From Yuukianura sp. NJ FZ-2021 (lineage: Eukaryota), in the NCBI GenBank assembly GCA_046563655.1, contig CM102286.1:2046001-2110000 (forward strand): 64,000 nucleotides of DNA, given 5' to 3'. The notes beneath the pieces were generated by a model. That model ran no database searches and was not told the origin of the DNA. It saw nothing but the letters and a program-made list of their open reading frames with translations. The translations under genes were made by a program, and so were the position numbers. Below, one piece after another: positions 12,484 through 26,838 of this stretch; the stretch's first letter is position 1; every line of letters begins with the position of its first letter.

Positions 12484-14337
12484 TTAATCAAAACCGAACA
12501 GATCTTCGTCATCTTCGTCACTTCCATCGTGTTCCATGATTGAAACAGCCTTACGATTAGCTCCAGAAGCTGCTGATGCTGCTGCTGCGGCAGCATTTGC
12601 AGCTTCCTCCGCTACCGTTTCTTCTCTAGAGCGTGAGTGAAGCAGTTCCCTTCGAATTTCTGGAGTGATTTGATAATGAACGTGGGCTCGGAGTAAACCT
12701 TGGAGACTTTCTTTCTGTTCCGAACTCAAGTAGTTTTTGTATCGTTGGACGAAAGTCAGAAACGACTGATGCCATAATACTGGAAGTTCGCGTTTGTCAT
12801 TCTCGAATCTGAAACCAAAGGAGTTAGGTGTTTCGTCTAAACAAAAAAATGATTAGCAAATACTTACTTCAGGAAATGATAGACGACAGCATCAATGACT
12901 CGGTACGGTAAAGCATACTTTTTATCGATCAAGATTTTGAGGAAAATGGAGTTTGCTCCAGAGTAGTCCATTTCAGCGATCATAAGCATTGCAGCAGATG
13001 AGTGCAAAACGGGGATTGAATTTTTCGCCAACACAGATCCAATTATAACGGCTTCTCTCAAAGTGCAAGTCCCGCTCTGGAAATATTACACAATATTAAC
13101 TCAAAACGTAAGACTAACGTTAATTGATTAACGTCTACCTCGCAAAGCGGAATCAGGATGCCCTTCATGAAAGCAGCAGACTTGAAAAGTGATTTCCGCA
13201 AAGCCTGATACAGATGAAAGTTTAGCTTTTTGTATTGCATGATATCGTCACGAATTCGCGGCAGCAGAACGAGATTGAAAAACCGTTGGGCCATTTTCTC
13301 TTTCAAGTTTGACGTGAAAATACGCGTGGCTTGGTACATTGCTGCTGCAGTCCATGTGGTAGGTTCTGAAAAAATTTTATTTTATTTTATTTTATTTTTT
13401 TTGAAATTTTGAAAAAAAGAAGTAGTATACAAATCCAGTATTTTTGGAAACTTACCGGTGATGTGCAGAATTTGCTCCCAGTTGACCAATCTCGGTATGA
13501 TTTTGAAGGCTTTAGGAAGCTGACCGCTGCGGTAGATTTTTAGACAATCCCGGACCCCTTCGTACATCGATTGAACTTTCGGGTGGAGCTCGTGCATTGC
13601 AATGCCTAGCGAAATAAAAAAAAACTGCTAACTTGTCCGAGATAAAAACTTGCTTCAAGCAAAACTTACCAGCATCGGAGAATTGTGATTCCAGTTCAGT
13701 TTTCTTCTCAGTGTATTTCTCCATAATAATGTTTGCTAAATTCTTCATTGGTTCCGCATCCTTCTTCATGAATAACTCCAGTGCCTTCTCCTCTTCTGGA
13801 TCAATTGTCTGCAATTGAAATTCAAATTACTTTTAACAATTGGGTCGAATTGACACATTCGCAGCACTTTATGCTGGAGGCCGAACCATGTCCAGTTCTT
13901 CCGTTTCCTTCTTGATTTCCTCAGGCATCAGAAAATCTTCGTCATCGTCGGAGAGTTCATCGCCGTCTTGCGTCCCAAGCGACACAGTTCGAGATTTTGA
14001 AGGTTTCTCGCCCGAAGTGCCCTCCTCCTTGTCAATGTCTTGCTGTTGCCTCCGGGCAGCTTTCAGGATCTTCTTGGTCGTTTTCTCATCCATGAACTTC
14101 AAAATAACAGAAAAGTAGGTATAGCGAATCAAACTGTATGAATGCTCTCTTTGAATGTCTAAACGAAAAATATACCTCGGGATCATCCGCTGCTTGCTGT
14201 TGATATTTGGATTTGGTCTTGAACTCCTCTCCATCGCCAATGACATGTTCAGAGGTCATTTGATGCTCCAAATTCCCTCTTGCGATCGGGTTAGCTCTGA
14301 CAGCTTTCGAAATCTTGTCCCGTTTATGTTTACCCAT
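12484..14337 (-). CDS. BYSL: Bystin (Enp1 homolog, 40S biogenesis), multi-exon
   Basis: MGKHK start, [75 protein letters not shown], and [12 protein letters not shown]. Confidence 0.95.
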
Positions 14338-15121
14338 ACTTTCAGTATAAAGTACAGCTCGGTGTGACCTTGATTCTCGTCAAATGATTTCCGAAGTTGA
14401 CCTGGTCTCGTCGTAGACAATGTTGGCACTCGGCAGAATCAAGGGATGCTGTAAATGTAAACATATGAGTCAAACGAGTCGAATAACTGCAAATTAGATT
14501 GTCTCTTTTAAATAATTCCATGTGCTAATTGACTCTGGTGGACAAATCGTAAATACTTACGTTATTCTTATGGTGTACGCCCAAAGTTGTCCACTGACCT
14601 TTCCTCTGAACGATTATCGTTGACCTCTGCTGCAAAACAAAACGAAAGTACGCCAACTCCAGTGTCCAGTACGCGTTTTTAAAGTAAAATTTTTAGAAAT
14701 TTTAGTTTTAGCAGCACGTGTTTGTTCCTTTGAAATTTTTGAATATTTGCATTGAACTTTCAATTCCCGCCACAAGCAGCTGATTCACAAAAACAACTTT
14801 TGACATTTGACACATCCAATTTTACTCCTTTAAATTAGTAATCGTAAAATTCATTTCTTCATTAATTGTTTAACACTATTCAGTTGACCGGTGGAGTGTA
14901 AGAACCATTGTGAACACATTTGTTTTGCAACCAGAAATTCGGGCTACAAATAAACAGTACAAAAGGTAAATAAATTAAACTTTATTGAAAAACCTCCCCT
15001 TTTCAAACAGCTGAATGAAAGTTTGGAACTAAAAAGTACCACATTACTCTTTGCTTATAAACCTAGCGATCACGTCAGATTATAATTATGTTCCGTTAAT
15101 TAGCTCAAAGGTTCCGGAACG

Positions 15122-18029
15122 ATGGAAGAAACAATGACGGGTTTCGAAGAATCGGCATTCGACGCTACGAAGTGTAAGGCAATAACTTAGAAGTCGATTT
15201 TTAAGTGCTAAATTGTCTGATAATAATTCTGTTTTGCTGTTTTTCTTTAGATATCAATGAAATTTGTGCTCGGTGTGTTGGTGGATCTGAATTGAATTCT
15301 CAGAAGGCAAAGCTTTTGACGTTGAGTGATCAAACAAATACAGCCTTGAAGAAAACTGTTTACCAGCATTACGGCCAGTTCATTGAAACTGCTAAAGACA
15401 TTTCATGTAAGGAGGAGCATGTCGTTCTACTACTATAAATTACATTAATGCTCAACTTTCACTAATTTATAGACTTGGCAAGTGAAATGTGTCAGATTTC
15501 CCAGATGCTTCGAGATCAAAAAGCAGTCATACAGAGTATTCTGGACACTTCCATAATCGCTCCACGCAAATCCCAAACTACTAACGGTGTAGTCAGTCCT
15601 ACTGATTTTGTAGTGAAGCTTAAAACTAACGAAGATGAGGAGAGAAAGAAGCTTTTGAGCGTTCTGGAAAAAGTTGAAGGGGCTGGTGTAAGTTTTTATG
15701 TTTTTGACATTCTTTGGTATCCAACTAAAAAAGTAACACATTTCCTTGATTTTCAGCAAATCATTGAAGATGAGAAGCGGACGTTAATTTTTGAAGGTGA
15801 TTTATTGGAGATCGATCCGGATAACTATTCTGCCGTCCAGAGAAAGCGCGGGTATCTCTTCAGTGATGGAATTATGTTGGCTGTATGGGTTACAAATAGG
15901 TTCGTATTTGCATCATTCACTGAAACATGATTGAGCAATTGACTTACACTGATGTTCTGCTTCACTTCTTTCAGACGTGGTCCTCAACGATACCGGTTTG
16001 AAGCATTTTACGAACTCGGAGAAGTCGGGATGGTCGTCAACATCCGTGATCCGGAATGTCCGAAACACACTTTCAAACTTCTCATCTTCCCCAACATTTA
16101 TCTCCTTCAGTGTCCGAATCAACAGGACAAGGTAAGTTAAAACCATCCTTGTTTCCTCAACATGTTGGTCCAGATTTTTCAAATTGTATGTATTTTCAGG
16201 ATGCCTGGGTGAATCATATCGAAAGTCGACAAAAGATAATTAGAAACAACCCAGTTCCAGGAAAGTTGGGCCTGGATAGCCCAGTACAGGAAGCTCTTCC
16301 AGGATTTCCTTCTATTGAATCAGAACGCACGAAGAGTCCAGAGGGGTCATCGGCCATGCTATCATTTCAGCCACCATTGCCAGAATGGGTAGTTGGAATT
16401 CCAGAAGATCTTGACGTTTGGATTGCTCAAAGAAACTTCATAGAAGCCGTTGATCTCTATGAAGCTTTTCAAGAGTTTCTGGAGTCTGAGCCTTTGATGG
16501 CCAATTTGAAAGAAATCAAGTAAGAGTCACATAAATTCAAAAATACAAAAGCTAAGTTTCTCTAACTTTTTGGTGTTTTTACTTATTTTTGGTGTAAAGG
16601 TCAAAGGTAGACGCACGGATCAAGCAACTGATTAAAATTTTAGTTGGCGACTTGGAGGTCATGACCCCCGAGAAAATACTTCAAGGAGGACCAAGGTCGA
16701 TTCGAAAATCAATCGATTTGCTAATCAGACTCAACAGAGAAAACCAAGCATCCAAATTGTTTCTTACTCATCGTTCTGCTTACATAAAGCAACGGTTTGT
16801 CCATTTTCCTCTGATTTTGACTTGAGAGTTTTCATATTTTGTATAAAAAGTGCAATTTTGAATTTCTAGGATGAAGAGACTGAAATCGGACGGGAGAAAT
16901 CAGGAGTATTTGGCCAACTTGTCTGACGTTTTCTTTACGTCCATTTTGGAAAGTATGAAGGAATACCGGAAATCGTTTAGCGTCACCACAGCAGGAACCG
17001 CCGGTAGACCAAAAGTTTTATATCGATTACAATTTTTTTTGAAGTTTTTGAAACTTTTCAGTTCTAATTAAGTTTTGAAACGTTGTGCAGGTCTGGTCGT
17101 TTGGATGAACTCTGAATTGACAGGTTTCATGACGTCGTTTTGTCGTCAGTTGTTTACTCCGCAGTGTCACTTGTCGCATGTATCCACTGCTGTGTCTACT
17201 TTCCGTGCTTCAAGTCGGAAGGTACTACTGTTAGCGTTATGTGTTAACCAAGTAATCTTTAACTAATTAACTTAAGTTAATTGATGTATGATTAACTCTA
17301 GTTGATGGACATGGGCATGGATATCTGCAGTAACGTCGATTTCACTCTTCTTCCTTACGTCGAACGGACAATCACGGATGCCAAAGATAAGCTGATTGAA
17401 GCCATTAGACATCGCTACAGATCCCAAGAAGAGTGCGATTTGATCATGGCATTTTCAGATGAAGCTTCACTTAACAAAACTCTGCTGGAGTTGAAACAAC
17501 TCGGGGTGATCAACATGGAACCATACATAAAAGGTACAAAAATCCAAAACCCTTCCAACATTCTTTAAAAATTACTATGAAAAGCTCACTTAGAATGAGT
17601 TTTGTTTGTGATTTTTATTTTTTAGATGCAACTACATTGGAAATCAGTAGCAATACCCTAGCATTTTCCAAGTCATGGCTCCACTTTTGTCAAGATCTGA
17701 TGGAACTCTCAGCACCCGAATGGAAATCGACCATCCAAACAGCAATTTGCGAACTTATTCTGTTTGAACTTCCGCATTTAGAGCATTCACTCAACAGAGC
17801 CAAGAGGAAGAAAGACATGAAATTGACCCATATGATTGAAAAAGACGCTTCATTTGTGCTGGACCAAGTAGCTCCTGCTGCTAGCCGAATTTATGAAAAA
17901 GGCACAGGAGAAAAGTGTATTCAACTTTTACGGATTCTAGACGACAGCAGTTTGTCCAGTAACAGAAAAGGAGCTGCTTCGCCTTCTAAAGTAACCAAAA
18001 CGAGATACACATCGCCCGAATTCGTCTAA
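15122..18029 (+). CDS. EXOC8: Exocyst complex component 8 (Exo84), multi-exon
   Basis: FDATKYINEI, LKKTVYQHYGQFIETAKDIS, a PH-like segment (LIFEGDLLEID...YLFSDGIML), PEWVVGIPEDLDVWIAQRNF, and LQGGPRSIRK. Confidence 0.93.
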
Positions 18030-21000
18030 AAAGTGGCTTCATTCAGATTACAATTCAAAATCTCATCATCACTTCTCCTAAAAATCACTTCAAAATTCAC
18101 TTGTCTCCCCAAACTGCTACTTGTTGAATGTTTAGCAAGACGCCTCAGGTTCATTTCTGATTCAACAGCTAAACGAAGCTAAAACTTCTACTCTCTAACA
18201 ACATTTGAGATGCAAAGGGGATGAAGTTGGAAAAGAGTTTGAATTCAATCAAGCTTTTTCTATCACTTTTTACACTCGACCTTTCAAGTGGCCTCGATTC
18301 CGAAATTCATAAATTGAATATTAAAAATATTCAATTTCTGAAAGAATCAGACAAGAGAAAGGGTGGAGGGTTGACTTTTCCCTTGGCACTTTCTCTTCTC
18401 TTTTGCTTGTGCAGTGTAAGTGGAAGTTAGAGAAAAAAAAGTAAATTTTTAGTTCATTTCCACACTGATGGAGAAAAAAGACCGAGATGGAAAAAGTTAT
18501 AAAAGAGGAGAGTTGGAAAGTGACCACTTCAGTTGGCATTCAGCTGTGAAAAACCAGAAAATGAAAAATTTTGAAAAAAAAATCATGAAAAAATGATGTT
18601 ACGATGGCACTGGAAAAAGAAAATCTCTTGGGGATTCTTCCCTTTCAAAGTGAAAAAAAAAATTACAAGAGTAATCAATGTCATGTCCACTTTCAAATTT
18701 TCATGTTTTTATTGTCGGATTTGCTTGTCATCATTTTCACTTTCACTTTCCAAAAAAAAAATCGAATGATGATAGAATTTAAAAATTTGGTAAATTTTGA
18801 AATACCGTAAATGAACTTGAGTATTCGAAATCGAACTAAAATGTACTTTTTTCAGAGTAAATTAAAAAAGAAAACCAGCGTTTTTGTGCAAATTAGTTGA
18901 ATAATTTTTTTTCATTTCTTAGTTTTTTTTTTCTAGAAAGACCAAATCTAATTGAGAGCTAAAATTATATGAAATTCAGGATATAAAAAAAATGAAAAAA
19001 ATCCGAAAGACTTCGTTTCGTGAACATCTTTTTATTATTTCTTTTGTGTCGGTTTTCGGATACTCGAAAGAGTCATTCCATCTCCACCGAAAAAAAGAAA
19101 CCTGGAGAAACGAAAAAACGTAACCAAAAACCATTAAATTTACCTTTGTGAAAGTTCTTTGCAATAACTTTTTTTTCTTTTATCCTCCGATGATTGGGAG
19201 ACTTTAGATGGACTCTCTGAATGTCCAAAAGAAGACAATGAAAATATGACATCGAAAGAAGAAAAAGTGGGATTTCTGGTCCATAAATGTCCGTTTCTTG
19301 TTCATCTTGTCCATTCCGCTTAATTATATTTCTTCCCGCCACCACAGTTCCCGCCATGACATTTTTCCTTTCTAATATTTTCTTTTGTCATCTTAACTTT
19401 GACTCGTACGGTTACCGTAAATGTTCAGATAGAATCCCCGGAGATTTTCATCCCCTGAGTAATCTCCTGGGGTACTAATTCTTTCTTCGATTTTTGAAGA
19501 GGGATATTAATTTGAACCCGGGGCGCTTATTTGGAAGTGGGGTGTTTATTTGAAGATTTACGGTACTTTAGGTGGTTTTTGGTCATTTTTAGAGAGTAGA
19601 AGGCTCCTGACGCCGTAACAATGGAACCTAAACCTTCCTTTGATCTCCCCTTCCGATTTGATGATGGAACACGACAGATCAAATTAAACCGAGTCAAAGT
19701 CAGCTTCCAGTGGTCCACTTCCCCTTAATAGCAGCATCTACTTCTAAAGTAATTGTCAATACTTTCACATTTCAAAGAAAAAATTTACTGTAAAAAATTG
19801 ACAATACTTTCACAAAATTACAGAAAAAAAATTACACAAAAACATTACTCTCGCAGGAAATTTTGGGGGATGTGAAAGTTGTGAAATTTTAGAGGAGAAA
19901 GTTCTGAAATGTTGATTTTATCTATGCTTTAAAAAGTATAACATTTTGACGCTTTCCCTTAAGTTGAGCCCTGTGACTTTCACTCCCGCTGCTCAATTTT
20001 TCTTAATCATGCGATTTTCTTTTCGTTTTTTTTTCTTTTGAGACGTTGAAGCTGTGAAAATTGTGATCTGATTTGTGATGTTATTGTGGAGGGTTTACCT
20101 TGTTTAGTACTGTTCAAAAGCTGCCTAACAATCAGAGGGGAGGGCAAGTAATACTTGGGAAGTATTGAAGAAGTGATCCTTGTGTTGATTGTGTTAAAGG
20201 AACCAATGGACAGAAACTAACGAGATCCCTGTGGATTCTTTAGTCGATCGGACAGGGTTTGACACACTGTTTTCGGCAGTATTCCAAAGATAATTTTACT
20301 CACTTGGTTTTAAAAACGGTTTTAAACACATAAAATACCAAAGTAACATAATCGCTGTATGATTTTCGGAGATTCACTGCAATACATACAGAATCATTTT
20401 CGTATTTTCAATATGCTACAAATAGTTTTGGATTTTCAGAATTTAGCATATTTTACAATTACGCTCTACTTTTCTATACAAATCTAACAAAATTTTTCAG
20501 TTGCCTTTGGAAGAGTCAGCAGATAAGCAGATTAAAGTAATCTTTAGAAGAACTTTGCGTTTAGTAAATTAAACTCGATTAATATCGTTCGGTTTTAAAC
20601 AGTATAGGGAACAAACATGAACCAGTATGACACGTACCCATTATCATCGTCTTAAATTTCCTCCGGATAGTTTGATTTTTTTTTCTACCAGCAGTGATGT
20701 CTAACCGAAAAAAAAAAGCGGGAAACAACTTTGGACACCAAAAAAACGCAATTTTCAACAGAAAACAGAACTTTCTCTCTGTGGCGTTCCCAATTTCCGT
20801 AGTTTCAAATTTCATTTTTGTCTCTACCTTTTTCACCTTTTCCCAAAAATTGCTCAATTTTGAAAAACAACTTTTTTCAAAACAGAGATTCTCAGAGTAA
20901 GGTCAGTTTGTTATGTACAGAATCCTGAACCCAAATAAAACGGAAAAACGGAGAGTAAAGCTGTATCTGAAAAGCACTTATCCTTCATAAGTTGTAAAAG

Positions 21001-23262
21001 TAATGCTCAACGTGGTCAAACATTAATGTTGGGACTCACTTTGAACAAATGTCTTGACTCATGGTCATGATCTACTGGATTTCGAGTACAAAAGACAATG
21101 GACATGGCACGAGCCTTTTTCAAATACTCTTGTTTGTCATTTTTGTTAAAAATCCATTACTCAAGTACACCGTTCGGCCGCTTCCTAACATTCTATTTTC
21201 ATTTTTTGAAAAAAAAGAAGCGGGAGGGTCAAAAAGCTTTCAGAAGAGAAAAGCTTTTGCTGCTTCCTTCCTTTTCTTGTCAAAATGTTTGCCGTGCTGA
21301 ACAGATTGTCTAAAATGTTCCTCAGAAATAAACCTATCTTTAAGTTTTTGTTTGAAACAAATTGCTCAAAGTTTTTCAAAAAGTGGAAGTCCAAAAAGTG
21401 TGTTTGTGGAACCAATAAAAATCTGTTTCAAAAAGACAATGGTTTTCTAAAAAGGCAAAATTTCAGTAAAAGCAGGTGATGACTTGAGCTTTTTCACAAA
21501 AAAATTCTTTCTTTTAGTTTTTTTTTGAAAGGCTGTTGTTTGAAAAGTCAAATTGAAAGAACATGCAACCTTTGTCGTGTTCTTAAAATTACAAGGCGAT
21601 TTCGGTCAACAAACTAAAAACTGTCAATTTACACTTTCCAAATGGACAATTGACCAATTTGGTAAATCCGCTTTGAAACATCGAACAAAATGGAACGTTC
21701 ACGATTTCTATTTTCTTTTTTTGAAAATTTTTTTTTGTTCCAAAATAATGTTTTAGGGTGTGACATTTTCACTTTATCTTTTGTATGCTATGTACTTTAG
21801 ATAAAAGTGAGTTTTGTTTAACATAAAAGCCGTTCATCGCCTTTTACGGTTTTGTTCGCAGAAATTTTGTTGACATTTTAACGGTGTTTCAGGATTAGAC
21901 TTTCCTTCCTAAATTAAAAACAAAAAGTTGTTGACTTTAGATAACTCCAAGCGATTTAGCTGTTGGTCGAATGAAAATAAATTTTTCCAAAAAAAAAATT
22001 CAGTTCACATTATACTCAAACCATAAATTTTTATCTCAAAGTGAAAGCAGTGTAAAGCTTTCTCCACTATTGACAAAAGTTCACAAGTCAAAAAACTTGA
22101 TAAGCGTTAAATTAGTTACACAATGCTCAACATTCCTTTTCCAGTATGTTCACTCAAGGTTTCCTGACTTTGATTTTCTTTAGCAGGTTGAGTAATACCT
22201 CATGTTTTTTTTACATACATGTTATACATGTAAGTATAATATTACATATCATATCGGAGTATTACATTCCCTCCTAATATTATAAGCATATTAAGAAAAT
22301 TAGGGAAACAATAGCTCTGCTCCCACCACAAAAGTTTTCGGACAAGAATTTCAAAAATTTGCGGTAATCCAAAAGACAAAAGCTTTTATCGTAACAAAGG
22401 CGCATTTTTTGAGCATGTCTTGTCAAAAATGTGGCTTAACTTGTGTACGCGTTCGTCTGATGAAGGTCTAATGATGTAATGTGGCTAATTCCGTGAAAAG
22501 GCTTCTTTCTCTTTTCCTCTCCCGCAGAAGCCCCTTAATCTCCGACTTCGGATGAACCCTCAACATACACTTTTCCGCCTAACTTCCCATGATGAGCAAG
22601 TTTTTATTTAGAAATAATAGAAAAATCCAGAGTCCAAAAGCCCCTTGGGATGTCCCAGGAGAAAACTACTTTCTCCGAGGGGCTTCAAACTATGTACTAC
22701 AAGAGATGAACCTCACAAAAGACTTTCTATCTCAACTAACTTCATGTCTCAGAATCTTTAAAACTTTTAGTCTCCTGGCTTTGACACGGGGCCAACGGAA
22801 AAAGTTGTTCCCGAATTCGGATCTTACGGGAAGCGGGATGCGGGAATTGGATTTTGGTCTATGGAAACACTTTCTCCATCAAATTCCCATTAAATATGTA
22901 GTTACACGGGAAAGTAACGAACAGCTTACCACAGAACGCTCCAGCTTTTCACCAAAGTCATCAGCCCTTTCACTTTCAAAAAAAATCTCTTTTGTCTTCC
23001 ACCTCATCCATCTTGTTTCTCAAAAAGTAAGAGAAAGAGGAAGGCTGCGGAACTCATAAATATTCAAATTAGCAAAATCCATAACAAAAAACTGGCACCA
23101 AATTCAACTTTTTGCAACTTCAAGACATTGAAAATAAAAATTCCCATTTTTTTTAAACATGAAACGAAGAAATTCGTCTTAAGCAAGTCGACAAAAGAAG
23201 TGGGTCATACATATGTTGTTGTTGTATTTGGCTGTAATTAATTAGAGTATTCTTTAATTACA

Positions 23263-24460
23263 TTTTTATATCTTTGCTTTCATCTTGCACAAAAATTTTG
23301 GAAGCGTGGGAAAATTTTGAAAGTTGAAAACTTGCACGCGCCGATCATCCGTTCATGGTAATTTCCAAACTGCCGAGGTTTTTACTTTTTCAACCCCCAC
23401 CAAAATCATCCCCCGGGAGAGTCGTTCACACGATTCACAAATACTTCCAAGCACATACTGCTTCCAGCGTGTGCACAATTGCACAAATGTGGACATAAAT
23501 TGTGCAAATGTGCTCAGCACATATACTGCCAGTACAATTGGAATGACTCCATGATTCCCAGAAGCTTTAGGAATGATGATGAATTATCATTGTCTGCCAG
23601 ACACAAATAAAATCAAGTTAATTTCTCCCTCAGGGTTGCTCAGCACCCCGACACACAGTGGAGGGTGGACTTTTACTTTCACATGTAAATCACTCTGCAT
23701 TAGGTTAGTTAGGTTATGGGGTAGGTTGGATCTAGTACACTCTGCAGTAGGTTAGTTAGGTTATGCATTAGGTTGGACACAGTGTTATAATATTTCCATT
23801 CCATTTGAGTATGACTATAACTTTTGTGATATTACAAAAGAGTCACTTTCTCACTCCTCGATTCAATTATTTCATTTCAGAAGAGGGTCGCATCCACGAA
23901 CTTTTTGGATTTATTATTTTGACTATCCAGAAAAAAAATACAAATCAACTTGCCACTTTCAATTTCCCCTGCAAAAGCTTGAGTCCGAATACTTCAGTAT
24001 CAGCTTGAGGGATACTTTTGGAATACTTTGAACAGCATGAATCGTTGAAAGAACTGAAAAAGCGGAATTTGATGTCTGGAATTTCTGTGATTTCTGCCAC
24101 ACTTGTCTCTACTCATCTTCAGTATAGTTCCTCTTTAAGGATTCTAATATGAATAGTACTAAATACTAAATATTTCGGATAATACTAAAAAAAACTAACT
24201 TCCTAACACTAAAGATTTGGCGATTTTGGCGGAAAACAGATTTGAGGAAAGTTATGTATCAGATTTTAGGTTAGTTAGGTTATGCTTTAGGTTGTTGAAA
24301 AATAGGCTAGGTTTGGGTTGGTTAGGCTAGAAGTGGAGGGGAAAGCGTTCCCTTGGCGACGCTTTGCCAGTACTTATCTTGTTCTAATGGAAGATCTAAT
24401 GACAGAAAATTGTCTTACGGGATTAGCGAACCACACAGTTTGAACTAAAAGTATACAATT
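23263..24460 (+). repeat. Non-coding block R1, duplicated at ~32863-34110; contains degenerate TTAGG-type repeats and a possible Helitron-like 3' hairpin
   Basis: Near-identical to the second copy over ~23263-24030 and again ~24330-24455. Motifs include TAGGTTAGTTAGGTTATG units and a TGGCGA-cgct-TTGCCA hairpin followed by CTTGT. Confidence 0.85.
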
Positions 24461-25030
24461 GATATTGGGGTAGTAAATGTCCGCAGTAGGTTTGAACAGA
24501 CTTGTACTTGTACACTGTAAGCTATGATTCTAGCAAAGCAGTTTAATTTTTTTGTGAGTCCGTTTAGTTAGTGTGTCACTAGTATTCTTAGCAAGCCTCG
24601 TATATGAAATACATAAAGCATTTTTAATTAAGATATTCATGAAGTGGGTAGCAATTAATTTTAATTAATGAATTTCTTTTTTTTACTCACCCATGACCAT
24701 GGGAAAAGATAGATTTGCAGTATAGCACTAATTCAAATATTTTTTTTCTTGACTTTTTCTTCAAAACTGACAATTACGGTTAAAAAGCTCACCATAAATT
24801 ATTTGTAAATCTTAACATCAAATTAAATTTTCCCAGCAAGTGAGTGACGCATTCCAAACGTTTTTTTTAAATATAAGCATGTTGTGTCTCACGCCAATCT
24901 AGTTTAAAATTGAAATTTCTCATTGTCATTACAGTAATGAGTATTTAGTTTTTGCAAATTCAAAATGTGCAGCTCAACTCATGTCAACTTTTAACTTTTT
25001 TTTTGTGCAATTGCTGGAATTTGTTGTAAA

Positions 25031-25825
25031 ATGTTTGCTACAATCTATTCTTTTTTTCGGAACCTGGCACTTTTTTTGGGCAATCCAGTTGTGGCTATAG
25101 TTTTTTGGCCACTGATCCTCCTGTCACCTTGGATCCCAAGAGTCTACGACTTCTTCTTTTTCATCTACTACCGGTCATTCTTACTCCTCAATCATGACGG
25201 TATGAAACATATTCGAAAATGTTTGTTTGACGAATTCAAACGAACTCTACAAGCTGAACAGAAGGAACAGCGGGAAATTCAAACTTTGGAAATTGGAGCT
25301 GGAATGGGCTCAAATTTTGAATACTACCGGCCTGGGACTAGACTGAACACACTCGAACTGAACACAAAATTTCATGTTCACCAAATTCAAGAAGCAAAGG
25401 CGAATGATTTGAAAATTGGAAAATTTGGACAAATTTTGGGCTCGGCGGAAAACATGGACATAATTCCGAACGAATCTTTTGATTACGTTGTGGGTACTCT
25501 TGTCCTTTGTTGTTTCAAGGACAAGCAACAAGCTCTACGTGAAATTCGTCGTGTTTTGAAACCTGGTGGGAAATATTTTTTGGCCGAATTTGATCAGTAT
25601 GAACACGGATTTTGTCGGTTTGTTCAAAGAATTCATGCCGGTTTTCAGAAATTTGTTACACGGGGTTGCACTGGGGCTTTTCAAGACGTTCGGTCTATTT
25701 TAACTTTAGCTAATTTTGAAACGGATCATTTGAAAAACGGAGAGTGTCAAGAAAACTTCATTCAGTATAGAAAATTCTGTTATGGATTTGTACAAAAGGA
25801 GACAATATCAGAAATGGACATATAA
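25031..25825 (+). CDS. METTL7/TMT1-like methyltransferase, copy 1 (subtype A), intronless
   Basis: Hydrophobic N-terminus, LEIGAGMGSNFEYY (SAM motif I), ESFDYVVGTLVLCC, ALREIRRVLKPGGKYF, and GC motif. Confidence 0.88.
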   Translation: MFATIYSFFRNLALFLGNPVVAIVFWPLILLSPWIPRVYDFFFFIYYRSFLLLNHDGMKHIRKCLFDEFKRTLQAEQKEQREIQTLEIGAGMGSNFEYYRPGTRLNTLELNTKFHVHQIQEAKANDLKIGKFGQILGSAENMDIIPNESFDYVVGTLVLCCFKDKQQALREIRRVLKPGGKYFLAEFDQYEHGFCRFVQRIHAGFQKFVTRGCTGAFQDVRSILTLANFETDHLKNGECQENFIQYRKFCYGFVQKETISEMDI

Positions 25826-26838
25826 TGAAAATTAGTTAATTACCGCCACTAAACCCATCGCTTCTGCGTCGTGACAAGTTGTGCATCAACACTATATGTT
25901 AAATTTAGCTTTAGTCATTATGTAACTAACGTGTCAATATTTTGAAAATTATGGCAATTTTGATTAGTTGTGTGCTCATTAGAAGTTAAGGAGTCCTATT
26001 CGGTAAGTGTATAAAACCCTCATAAAGCAAATGCGACTTATTGAAATTTGCGGATAAGTTGCTAAATTTTGAAGAAAAAAAAACCTTTCAAAAACATTTC
26101 GTTTTTTTTCTTAAATCAAGTCATTTTTCTTCTTTTTTTTGCCTTTACGTTCTACTCGTCTGCTGGATTCTTTTGTGGCCAGTTTTTTACTTTTGCAATT
26201 TTGAAAGTGATTAATTCTGAAAGTGGATTTTGCTTAATTGTTCAAAAATCTCGTCAAATAATTTTAGTTTTTTGGTTGTACTGCTGCGTTATGCGTTTGA
26301 AGATGAAATTTTATAACAAACAATTTGGTAACAATGGTACGTCCTGAAGTAAATGTTACTGCTTTCAGCACGGTTTGCTTTAGATTTGTAGAAAAACAAA
26401 AACAATTACTTCAATCTAAACTTCTCCGGTGGGGAAAGGAACCTGGGCAATCCCACCCCCACTTTCGTTTTAAATGTCGCTTCTAACTCTTTCTACTTTC
26501 TAGTTTCCTCCAGTTAGCTTTACAAAACTACCTTATCGCTGAACTGCGGTTTACAACCGGCTTATTCATTTTCAAATACAACATTTTTTGCAGATTTAGT
26601 TACTGTGCAGCGGCAAATCGCAGGTCTTAATTATCAGAGTTGTGCAATTGTGAACCTTCGAAATAATCAGCACCCATGAAAAGACTTAAATTTAAGTCGC
26701 AGTAATACCAGAAATGGCACAGCACAAATAAGCACAACTAAACTTGACATTAGGTAAAGCAACATTGCAAAGACAATTACAAAAAAAAAAAGAAGAGACA
26801 AAATTATTTTTTCCTTTCTGAATTTAAAATTTTTTGAA

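Noticed and set aside
18100..23100. Numerous 60-156 aa ORFs, e.g. 22589-23059
   Set aside because: Low-complexity F/K-rich translations typical of AT-rich non-coding DNA, with no recognisable motifs.
23324..23755. ORFs repeated at 32923-33356
   Set aside because: The similarity comes from recent segmental duplication, and an indel changes the frame between copies.
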